Positions 55,176 through 63,128 of a stretch of DNA of 63,128 nt are shown here, in pieces. The notes beneath the pieces are model-generated. The model made no database searches. It had not been told where the DNA came from and worked only from the letters and a program-made list of their open reading frames with translations. Location of the stretch: the IMG/VR virus record IMGVR_UViG_3300037346_000608, positions 1 through 63,128 of that record. The stretch is one strand, 5' to 3'. The position numbers and the translations under genes were made by a program. Position 1 is the first letter of the stretch, and every line of letters starts with the position of its first letter. Source of the stretch: a virus. Its lineage: Duplodnaviria; Caudoviricetes.

Positions 55176-58100
55176 TTAGTTTTCAACAACAATTTTAATT
55201 GATTGAATAGCCCCAGGTAAACTACTCATAGTACCATTAAGTCTACCTAGCGCAGCACTAATTTGATTTAATGTTGGTTGTAGGCCTGTTTGATTAACTG
55301 GCGCAGGTGTACCACTTGGTGTTCCAGCCGCCGGTGTTGCAGCTGCTGGTGCTTCTCCTGCCAATGATTGTCTTATCTCTTGGACTGCATTAAGTAATGC
55401 TTCAAACGCTGCTTTATTATCGGTTAATTCGCCAGCACCTTTAAATAGGTTTCCAAATGATTCTGCTTTATTTTTATCTATTGAATTAACAGCAACCGCT
55501 ATCTTTTGCATTCCATCAGCAGCTTTATCAATGTAGCCTTTTTTAGCGTTAGTTGATATTTCAGTAACAAAACCTTGCATATGATCAAGCTGACTTTTGA
55601 ACATAGGCTTTGCATAATAAAATGTAAAAGTATCACCAATAGATGTGAAGATTGACTTAATACTATTTGCAACTGCAGTAGGATCTTTGAGCTCTGAGAA
55701 TACCTGTAAACCTTTTGCAATATTGGTTAATTCTGTACCAGCACCTTTAACAGCATCCATACCCTTTTTTACTAAGTTTTCATCCCATTTAAGCAATCCA
55801 TTAAATGAGCTATCACTTTCTTCATTACCACCTATTAATGCAAATGCATCACCAACAAAACCTAATGCTTTTGATACAGCTGTTGCAAGTTTTCCACCTT
55901 TGCTAAAATCGATTTCTTTATCAACCATGTCTTGAAACAATTTGAGTCCAGTCGCAATATTTGTCAATTCTTTACCTGCACCTTTAACTGATTCAATACC
56001 TTCGGCAACTTTATTCTTCTTAATACCAAAAAGAGTACTAAAGACACCACCTGCTTGAACATTGCCTTGATCGGCAACAGCAGCAAATGCTTCATTAACA
56101 AATCCTAGAGTATTGGTTACCGCGTGGCCTAATGTACCTTCCTTATAAAGACCGTCTTTATCATGTGTACCAAACTTAACCTTAGCTTTAATAAGAGCCT
56201 GAAACGATTCAAGCCCAGTTGCAATTTTAGTTAATGCCCTACCTGCACCTAGTACTGATTCAATACCTTCGGCAACTTTATTCTTCTTAATATCAAAAAG
56301 AGTACTAAAGACACCACCTGCTTGAACATTGCCTTGATTGGCAACAGCAGCAAATGCTTCATTAATAAATCCTACAGTATTGGTTACCGCGTGGCCTAAT
56401 GTACCTTCCTTATAACGACCGTCTTTATCATGTGTACCAAACTTAACCTTATCTTTAATAAGACTTTGGAATGACATTAAACCTTTTGAAATATTAGTTA
56501 ATGCCCTACCTGCACCTAGTACTGATTCAATACCTTCGGCAACTTTATTCTTCTTAATACCAAAAAGAGTACTAAAGACACCACCTGCTTGAACATTGCC
56601 TTGATCGCCAACAGCAGCAAATGCTTCATTAATAAATCCTATAGTATTGGTTACCGCGTGGCCTAATGTACCTTCCTTATAACGACCGCCTTCATCAGGT
56701 GTACCAAACTTAACCTTAGCTTTAATAAGACTTTGGAATGCCATTAAACCTTTTGAAATATTAGTTAATGCCCTACCTGCACCTAGTACTGATGCAATAC
56801 CTTCTTCAACCGCAGTCCTTTTAAATCCAAACATTTGACCAAAGAAAGATGAACTTGGGACTTGTTCACTTGAACCAGCTAACGCGAATGCAGTAGTAAT
56901 ACCATTTAAGATTGTTACCAATTCTTTCGATAGTTCATCATTCCAACCAACTGCTTTAATTGCAGTTAAACCATATGCCAATATCTTAAGAGCAACACCA
57001 GCAGCAACAAAACCGGCTGCGGCTTCTATCATTCTAACAGAATCAACAGCTCCAGTTATTGCTCCACCTATCTTTGAAAAGAAACCTTCATCAGCATTAC
57101 TTCCACCTAAAAAAGCAGACTTAACACCACTTAACATTGTAGCTAATTTAATAGAATCATCTTCTGTAAAATTAACTTTTTGTATTGCTAATAAACCTGG
57201 TGCTAATGCTAGTAATGCAACACCAATTGCAGCAAATGCTGCAGCGCCAGCAAGTATAAATAATGAACCAAATCCTGCTGCGGCAAATTCTAAACCTAGC
57301 ATTAATAGAATACCACCTTGTATTGCAACACTTTCTAGTGTCATATCTTTTGTAACATAGGCAAACGGTAAATAACCTAGACTAAATACAAGTAATCCAA
57401 TACCTATAGCAGCTACTGAAAATGCACCCTTTACAATAGATGTAAACATTTTACCAAGTATACCAAAGCCAATACCTAACCCAACAAGTAATCCTACCTG
57501 CATAAGGATACCATCCATTGTTATGTCTTTTACAGCATAAGCAAATATCAAATATCCTATTGAAAAGAGTACTAAGCCAATACCCATAAGAAACACCGCC
57601 ACTGCACCTTTTCTAATTGATTTATTAAATATACCTAAAATCGCAAATGCACCACCAATAAGAATAAGAGTACCTACCATTGCCAAGAGTATGACAGGTT
57701 GCATTAATATAAACATAGACGCTAATGCAAAAAATACCAAGCCAGCAGAAAAGAAGATTAAAGCATTACCCATTCGTTTAACAGACCTAGCACCATTTTT
57801 TATAGTTTTATCTAAACTACCTAACAATGCAAAAGCACCACCAATAATTATCATAGCAAGAACAATAATAGGTGTAAATAGGATACCTATAGCAGATCCT
57901 ATTGCAGCAAGTACAAGCCCCTTTGCAAAGCTTGATAACGCAGTACCCATAAGATTTAAAACCTCGGCTCCTTTATCTATTCTTTTTTCAGAATCTCCTA
58001 ACATTTCAAAAGTAGGCATTAAGATTTTTAATGCAAGAAGAACAAGTCCTGCACCTAACATAGCAGGTATAAATAAGATACCAGCAAGAGCTAATCCTTT

Positions 58101-58562
58101 AGCAAATTGACTAATAGATGATGCAATAGTTTGAAATGCGTTGGATCCTTTTTCTACTTTCTTTTCATCGATTGCATCAAAAGCAGCCATTAAGTCTGTA
58201 ATAGTTGTTACGAATTTCTTAATAACACTCTTTGGTACTAACATAAATATCAATAAACCAGAAGCAAGAGAAGATGCACCACCGCCTAACATTTTTATTG
58301 CAGATGCACCTTCTTTTAATTTATCTTGATCAACTTGTTTACCTTCAATTTTTATACCACCACCACCTGTTGTATTACCTGCAATGGTTCTTAATAAGCT
58401 TGTTTGGACTTGTAATTCTTTAAAAAGTTCCTGATTTAAAGAATCTCCAGCACCACCCGTGACAGCTAAAATAACCGCGTCAAGTTTTTGAGTGTTTTTC
58501 TCTATTGCCGCCGCCATCTTAGACAACGGATCCATTAAATCTTTAAGTGTTATTGCAGCCAT
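55176..58562 (-). CDS. tape measure protein
   Basis: 1128 aa, Ala/Gly-rich helical with hydrophobic region; follows tube and chaperone genes. Confidence 0.8.
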   Translation of the reverse strand: MAAITLKDLMDPLSKMAAAIEKNTQKLDAVILAVTGGAGDSLNQELFKELQVQTSLLRTIAGNTTGGGGIKIEGKQVDQDKLKEGASAIKMLGGGASSLASGLLIFMLVPKSVIKKFVTTITDLMAAFDAIDEKKVEKGSNAFQTIASSISQFAKGLALAGILFIPAMLGAGLVLLALKILMPTFEMLGDSEKRIDKGAEVLNLMGTALSSFAKGLVLAAIGSAIGILFTPIIVLAMIIIGGAFALLGSLDKTIKNGARSVKRMGNALIFFSAGLVFFALASMFILMQPVILLAMVGTLILIGGAFAILGIFNKSIRKGAVAVFLMGIGLVLFSIGYLIFAYAVKDITMDGILMQVGLLVGLGIGFGILGKMFTSIVKGAFSVAAIGIGLLVFSLGYLPFAYVTKDMTLESVAIQGGILLMLGLEFAAAGFGSLFILAGAAAFAAIGVALLALAPGLLAIQKVNFTEDDSIKLATMLSGVKSAFLGGSNADEGFFSKIGGAITGAVDSVRMIEAAAGFVAAGVALKILAYGLTAIKAVGWNDELSKELVTILNGITTAFALAGSSEQVPSSSFFGQMFGFKRTAVEEGIASVLGAGRALTNISKGLMAFQSLIKAKVKFGTPDEGGRYKEGTLGHAVTNTIGFINEAFAAVGDQGNVQAGGVFSTLFGIKKNKVAEGIESVLGAGRALTNISKGLMSFQSLIKDKVKFGTHDKDGRYKEGTLGHAVTNTVGFINEAFAAVANQGNVQAGGVFSTLFDIKKNKVAEGIESVLGAGRALTKIATGLESFQALIKAKVKFGTHDKDGLYKEGTLGHAVTNTLGFVNEAFAAVADQGNVQAGGVFSTLFGIKKNKVAEGIESVKGAGKELTNIATGLKLFQDMVDKEIDFSKGGKLATAVSKALGFVGDAFALIGGNEESDSSFNGLLKWDENLVKKGMDAVKGAGTELTNIAKGLQVFSELKDPTAVANSIKSIFTSIGDTFTFYYAKPMFKSQLDHMQGFVTEISTNAKKGYIDKAADGMQKIAVAVNSIDKNKAESFGNLFKGAGELTDNKAAFEALLNAVQEIRQSLAGEAPAAATPAAGTPSGTPAPVNQTGLQPTLNQISAALGRLNGTMSSLPGAIQSIKIVVEN
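55987..56800. repeat. three tandem 267-bp (89-aa) repeats in tape measure gene
   Basis: ACTGATTCAATACC at 55987, 56254, 56521 and variant at 56788. Confidence 0.9.
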
Positions 58563-58575
58563 TCATAATTATATA

Positions 58576-58885
58576 TTAAAACCTTGGCATACTAATCTTA
58601 GGTACCGAAGGATTTTTGTAACTGGACATGTTTTTAGTCATGTTCTTTTGCATACCATTTACATTATATTTATCCTCAGTATTACGATTTTGTTTCTTTT
58701 CATCTTCATTACGTTCTTTTACGATGTCATTATAGATTTCAAGAGTATATTCATACTCATAATATGGAAGCATGTCCAACTCAGATGGCTGAACATGTAA
58801 TTTTTCCATCAATAGTACCCTGAGTTTATAATAATTCAGAAGAGATATCCTGAATGATGAACAGAGACTTGATGCCGCCGGGAAA
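58576..58885 (-). CDS. tail chaperone extension (gp51/GT-like), possibly frameshift-expressed
   Basis: SLLNYYKL..LLM......SELDMLPYYEYEY; +1 frame relative to upstream gene. Confidence 0.6.
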
Positions 58886-59815
58886 GGAAAGCGGGACAGT
58901 GACCTCCCCACCACACGATTGACACGGATAAATAAAATCCGGTTTAATTCCAATCTTCATTTTTTCAATTAATCTAAATACTAGTGAATACTTTCCAGTA
59001 TCCCATCCTTGGAACGCAGTCATTGCAGAAAAGATTTCCCTTTCATTAAATGCCCTCCATTCACGTTGAATATAAGGCAATATTGTTAATGCCGACCTAT
59101 CCCATGATTTATTTTCTTCTTCGCGCTTTCTTACATAATCAGTAATAGCACGCATAACACCAATTGTAGGTGGCGCTAAAGTAAGTTCGCCGTGGTTTTT
59201 AGTAGGAATAGAATAACAGCGATTTACGTCATCATAATATCTCTCAACTAATTCATCTACATTATTAAATTGTAAATTTTCAGTTCTTAGTTCGACGCTA
59301 TCTTGTGATTTACATGACGGTGTTGAACATTTTTTTTTCCCAGCAGGCATCATTATCTTAGCCTCACCAGTTTTAAATGTTACTTCTCTTATTGCTAAAA
59401 TTATATAAATACGATCTTCTTCAAGAATATCACGATAAGATCCTTTTTGATTACCATACATAACTTTAATACATGACACTAAGATTGAATTTAACTTATC
59501 ATCAACATCTTTAAGATTTTCTTCATCAACTGTTGAAAAATCTCTGATTTCGTTTACCCTAGCTGCTCTTATATGAATTTGAAAATCTTCTCTATAAAAG
59601 CGACCACCTGACGGTAATAATGATAAGTTTAATAGGAGGTGTCCTGCTAATTCCTGAATTCTTTTAATTTCTGGATCATCTGGTGATGTTATGCCACTCC
59701 CTCGTGTCATATCAACCTTCCCTAATGAGGTTGTTCTTTCATTTGTAGTTTCATGTGTTTCAATACCTTCCGCTGCTTCAAACTCCTTTTTAATATCTTC
59801 TTCGTAGTTATCCAT
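58826..59815 (-). CDS. baseplate hub / tail assembly chaperone (T4 gp26-like)
   Basis: LPSGG.FY, EDR..I...IR..T, CxxC pairs; position between tube and TMP. Confidence 0.7.
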   Translation of the reverse strand: MDNYEEDIKKEFEAAEGIETHETTNERTTSLGKVDMTRGSGITSPDDPEIKRIQELAGHLLLNLSLLPSGGRFYREDFQIHIRAARVNEIRDFSTVDEENLKDVDDKLNSILVSCIKVMYGNQKGSYRDILEEDRIYIILAIREVTFKTGEAKIMMPAGKKKCSTPSCKSQDSVELRTENLQFNNVDELVERYYDDVNRCYSIPTKNHGELTLAPPTIGVMRAITDYVRKREEENKSWDRSALTILPYIQREWRAFNEREIFSAMTAFQGWDTGKYSLVFRLIEKMKIGIKPDFIYPCQSCGGEVTVPLSFPGGIKSLFIIQDISSELL

Positions 59816-59816
59816 T

Positions 59817-60287
59817 TTATCTTTGTTTTGTTAATTGTTTTTCTGGTGAAATTTCATGTACTATATGCTCAACAATAATGCTTCTAACATATCGTGATAT
59901 TGGAATAGGTCTTATCTTATGTTCCATTGATTTTTGAATAATTATTGAATTTAAGTTATCTTCATCTTCTGGTGTAAGTAAAACTTGTATTTTTTTCGTC
60001 AATTTTTTTTTCTGTGGAATCATTTCCTGTACGCTTTCATTATAACCATATTTAGGGTTATCTGCTTTGTACTTTTTAATCCAAACTTCTACACGATCCA
60101 TTATTAATCCCAATGATTCATCCGAGTCAAAAGTTTCAAGTACTTCTCTTTCAAAGGAAACCGTACCAAAATCTTTTACTGCGCGCTTAATGTATTTTCC
60201 TGTACCTAGATTATTAGGATTATCATTGACTGCATTGCCAATATAAACCTTTTTATCAGTTGTATTTTCTACTTTAAATATTATCAT
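59817..60287 (-). CDS. degenerate GIY-YIG domain with RHH-like C-terminus
   Basis: IIFKVEN...VYIG...GTG..I..AVK.FG...F.RE...WIK.Y...GYN; ISRYVRSII. Confidence 0.65.
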   Translation of the reverse strand: MIIFKVENTTDKKVYIGNAVNDNPNNLGTGKYIKRAVKDFGTVSFEREVLETFDSDESLGLIMDRVEVWIKKYKADNPKYGYNESVQEMIPQKKKLTKKIQVLLTPEDEDNLNSIIIQKSMEHKIRPIPISRYVRSIIVEHIVHEISPEKQLTKQR

Positions 60288-60324
60288 ATATTTTATATTA
60301 TATATTATATATTAGTGATGTGAT

Positions 60325-60350
60325 AAAAAAACTGGCCTTACAGCCAGTTT
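60325..60350 (-). terminator. intrinsic terminator after tail tube gene
   Basis: AACTGGC-TGTAAG-GCCAGTT followed by T-run. Confidence 0.75.
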
Positions 60351-60399
60351 AAACTCGTTAGAGTCGGTCCTTCGATTCTATCCTAAGGAGGGGTAAGTA

Positions 60400-60954
60400 T
60401 TATCCACCTACATTTTCTTCAACCCAGTGATCAACGCGATACGTCATTGATAGTTCAGCAGGATCTTGTGTTTCATAGTTTAATTCATCTAAGAATGTAG
60501 GTTGCCCAGTTGGGAATACATCCTTTAGAGTAATTTTTCTAAAAATATCACCAGCACGATTATACTGTACGATGATCATACTACCAACATAATCTTTCTT
60601 TAATCCCATTTCACCCGTCAATGGATCATAGATTAATTTATACCAGTTACGGAATATGTTGTAAATATAGTTTTCATTTGCTTCATTTAAGTTAAGTGTA
60701 AAGTTAACTGTGATCTCTGCAGTAGTAGCAGATGGCATACCTGCAAACGAACGGTCAGCAAATTTATATTTCTGTCCAACTGCATCTATTGATGGGTTTA
60801 AAGCGTTTAAACCACCAATTGATTTGACATGCTCCAGAATTAAACCAGTATCATTACCTAGAGGTGTAAATATAGTAACCTCGAATAAGTTAGGATAAAT
60901 TGGTTCAAATTTCTGAGTACTCGCCGTTGACTGTGTGTAATGTGGTAATGGCAT
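60400..60954 (-). CDS. tail tube protein (T4 gp19-like)
   Basis: EP...NLFEV, W..L.YDP.TG....KKDY, .FPT. Confidence 0.85.
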   Translation of the reverse strand: MPLPHYTQSTASTQKFEPIYPNLFEVTIFTPLGNDTGLILEHVKSIGGLNALNPSIDAVGQKYKFADRSFAGMPSATTAEITVNFTLNLNEANENYIYNIFRNWYKLIYDPLTGEMGLKKDYVGSMIIVQYNRAGDIFRKITLKDVFPTGQPTFLDELNYETQDPAELSMTYRVDHWVEENVGG

Positions 60955-60994
60955 AGTTTATCTTATTTTTTTATTTATTTTCTTTTGTTATTTA

Positions 60995-63127
60995 TTATTG
61001 AAAATTTCCTGAACTAATTGCACCAGTTCTAAGAATAGTTGTTCTTTGTACAAGAATTTCCATACCTCTTACTGGTTCAATAAAAACATCAAGGATACCA
61101 ACGTTATTATCAATAACTTCAGGTGTATTATTTGTTTCATCCATGATGTTTCTAAAATCAAAAACTCCATCATCGTTTTGAACAGTTGCTAAGAAATTAT
61201 CAGCAAGAGTTTTAATTTCTAATCTTGTTTGTGGTGTATTAAACTCAAACAAATAGTTTTTAAGAATTGCACCAATACCGTCTTGTATGTAAATAACAAC
61301 TTCTCTAACGTTAATTGAACTTAATGCAGATTTTGGTGTTTGTTGTGCAGTTTTATTTGCAAAGATAGTTGGACCAGTTCCGCTTTGAAAAATAATTGGA
61401 TTTAAACCAAATGGCTCTAAGTAATCTCTGTCTTCTCCATCAAGATTAATTTCTAATCCTACGACCCCATTACCACCAACAACACCCCTACGAACCCCAG
61501 CAACTAATGACCACGGTAATGCGTTTTCATATTTTGCAATAAAGTTATTAGATACATAAGCAGCAGGAGGAACAATAATGTTCTTTCCTAAATCTCTTAC
61601 CGTTAAGAATGGGTAATAGAATGCTCCCCAACTTCCACCTTGTGTAGATGCAGGTAATGAATATCTCGCTGTTGGATTTCTACTTAAATCGCCACCAGTT
61701 GAAATAAATCTAGAAGATAATGATCCAGCTAGATCAAGGAACGAAGGGTCAATATTAGACTTAAAGTCTTTGGCAGATGGTGCGTTTAATATAGCAAATG
61801 CATTTTTTCTAGATTGGCATAATTGTGTATAGATTGATTTAGATCCAGCTTCAATACCATTACCAAATGTATCAACTACATAACGGAAGTTAATTGTCTC
61901 TCTATCAGTTAATGCTTTAAATAAACTAGTACCACTTAATGTACTATTTAAAATTTGATTTTGACGATCATTTGATCCATTAGGTACATGTTTAGTTACA
62001 TCTAATTTAAACCCATCAAGAGCAAAAATATTTAAGTAATCAACCCAAGTATCAATTGGATAATATAATTCAACTTTTTTAACAGAACCTACGTTGGTAA
62101 TAGAAACCACAGATTGGCAAGTTATCAATAGTGCATTGGTACCAACAGGTATCACTGGAAACTGTGAAGTTGTTTTACCACCCTGAACTTCATTAATTCT
62201 AGTTAATCTTGAATAAGGTGTTTGTAAAGAACCTTCAGAGTTAAGTAAGTAATTACCTACAATAATATCCGCAGCCTCTGATGAAGTAGCTGATACTAAA
62301 ATCTGGTTAGGTTTAAGCGAAGGCTCTGATGTAGAATCCGCTATGATATCTATCATTAGGTTAATTGAACCTTTAAGAGTTTGAATACCTAATGTATTTA
62401 CAGCATATGTAGTACCATCTGAGTTTAAGAATAAACCAGTACCGTCGATATCAAATTCTAACCTTGGTGTAGCATTTATAAATTGATCTTCTTGGTATGC
62501 ATTAATTCTAACTGCTGGTAAATAATAAGCAGGGTCAGAAATAGCAATTTTGTTTAAATTAGTAGTTGGTGCGCCCGTATGAATAAATCCATATTCAATT
62601 GCATTAAATACTAAGTAAGAAGTATATTCTTGGCCAGCAATTTCATAAACTGCTTCGTCACCATCAGTAAGTGTACCGTTTGCAACTTGTGAATATAAAC
62701 CGCTTCCATAAGAACCTATGATTTGTGAATTTGTTGAAGCTCCAATAAATTCCTGTGTAGTAGATGAAAAATCTTCTTCATTGATATAAGTATAATCAGT
62801 ACCTACTGAAGGAGGAAAATCACTAACTGTTACTCCACCAACTCCGGAAACTGTAAGTGTTACTGTATTACTTGTTATATTAACAGAAAGGACAGGAATA
62901 AATGTTCCAGTTATAGCGCCTTTGATAAAAGATCCAACCTCAGTTGAATTATTTGCTGTCATTGTTGCAAATGCATCATAAACATCATTGCCAACTGAAC
63001 CCACTGTGGTAATCTGTATATTTCCACCAGTAAGACCAGTTACATTAATACTAGTACCACTTGGTACTGTAACTGTATTTGTAACTTGTGCAGATCTAGC
63101 ATATGAAAGATCCGAAACAATTGATGC
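60995..63127 (-). CDS. contractile tail sheath protein (5' end outside window)
   Basis: PPAA.V, AGVRRG, NPI, INVR, FEFN, NNTPEVID; frame open to window edge. Confidence 0.92.
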   Translation of the reverse strand, partial: ASIVSDLSYARSAQVTNTVTVPSGTSINVTGLTGGNIQITTVGSVGNDVYDAFATMTANNSTEVGSFIKGAITGTFIPVLSVNITSNTVTLTVSGVGGVTVSDFPPSVGTDYTYINEEDFSSTTQEFIGASTNSQIIGSYGSGLYSQVANGTLTDGDEAVYEIAGQEYTSYLVFNAIEYGFIHTGAPTTNLNKIAISDPAYYLPAVRINAYQEDQFINATPRLEFDIDGTGLFLNSDGTTYAVNTLGIQTLKGSINLMIDIIADSTSEPSLKPNQILVSATSSEAADIIVGNYLLNSEGSLQTPYSRLTRINEVQGGKTTSQFPVIPVGTNALLITCQSVVSITNVGSVKKVELYYPIDTWVDYLNIFALDGFKLDVTKHVPNGSNDRQNQILNSTLSGTSLFKALTDRETINFRYVVDTFGNGIEAGSKSIYTQLCQSRKNAFAILNAPSAKDFKSNIDPSFLDLAGSLSSRFISTGGDLSRNPTARYSLPASTQGGSWGAFYYPFLTVRDLGKNIIVPPAAYVSNNFIAKYENALPWSLVAGVRRGVVGGNGVVGLEINLDGEDRDYLEPFGLNPIIFQSGTGPTIFANKTAQQTPKSALSSINVREVVIYIQDGIGAILKNYLFEFNTPQTRLEIKTLADNFLATVQNDDGVFDFRNIMDETNNTPEVIDNNVGILDVFIEPVRGMEILVQRTTILRTGAISSGNFQ

Positions 63128-63128
63128 A

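Noticed and set aside
13480-55720. Nested minus-strand alternative-frame ORFs (13480-13689, 47412-47609, 48338-48550, 55499-55720)
   Set aside because: Lie inside conserved genes in another frame with no independent support
55987-56800. Diversity-generating retroelement template/variable repeats
   Set aside because: Repeats are tandem, in-frame and not adenine-specific in their differences; no reverse transcriptase in window
58902-58908. GGAGGT as ribosome-binding site for the downstream ORF
   Set aside because: Nearest in-frame CTG is only 2 nt away and other genes here lack SD motifs
587-60898. Plus-strand ORFs in the track (e.g. 587-964, 16260-16631, 17243-17731, 57691-58110)
   Set aside because: Antisense shadows of well-supported minus-strand genes, with no motifs
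1-63128. Stop-codon reassignment (TAG or TGA recoding)
   Set aside because: Long conserved genes translate intact under the standard code, and TAG/TGA end genes at sensible positions

Overview
AT-rich 63-kb segment of a large T4-like myovirus (jumbo-phage type), with essentially all genes on the minus strand. The host is probably in Bacteroidota, inferred from A-rich start contexts without Shine-Dalgarno motifs, TAnnTTT-like promoters and the tmRNA tag. Contents: tail sheath, tail tube, hub/chaperone and tape-measure genes; DnaQ; a tRNA cluster with tmRNA and a Y-RNA-like element; type II topoisomerase; nucleotide kinases and a thymidylate-synthase-fold enzyme; an ECF-like sigma factor, PhoH and an RNA ligase; two sugar/base-modification clusters; ClpC, IMPDH/GMPR and UvsE. 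Main observations: (1) the topoisomerase GyrA/gp52 gene is fractured by a naturally split intein, with an internally deleted endonuclease relic between the halves; (2) about 11 unrelated proteins share an N-terminal MKHIKxFEEF..(I/L/V)xE leader resembling the T4 capsid-targeting sequence, among them an Acb1-like 2H phosphoesterase, a RimK-protease fusion and an AAA ATPase, suggesting an injected enzyme cargo set; (3) a TS-fold enzyme with the dCMP-type Asp plus a carbamoyltransferase, suggesting cytosine hypermodification; (4) a candidate +1 frameshift in the tail chaperone/hub gene; (5) attC-like junctions between small early genes; (6) several tRNA-like ncRNAs and three promoter classes. All calls come from reading motifs by eye; no searches were run.
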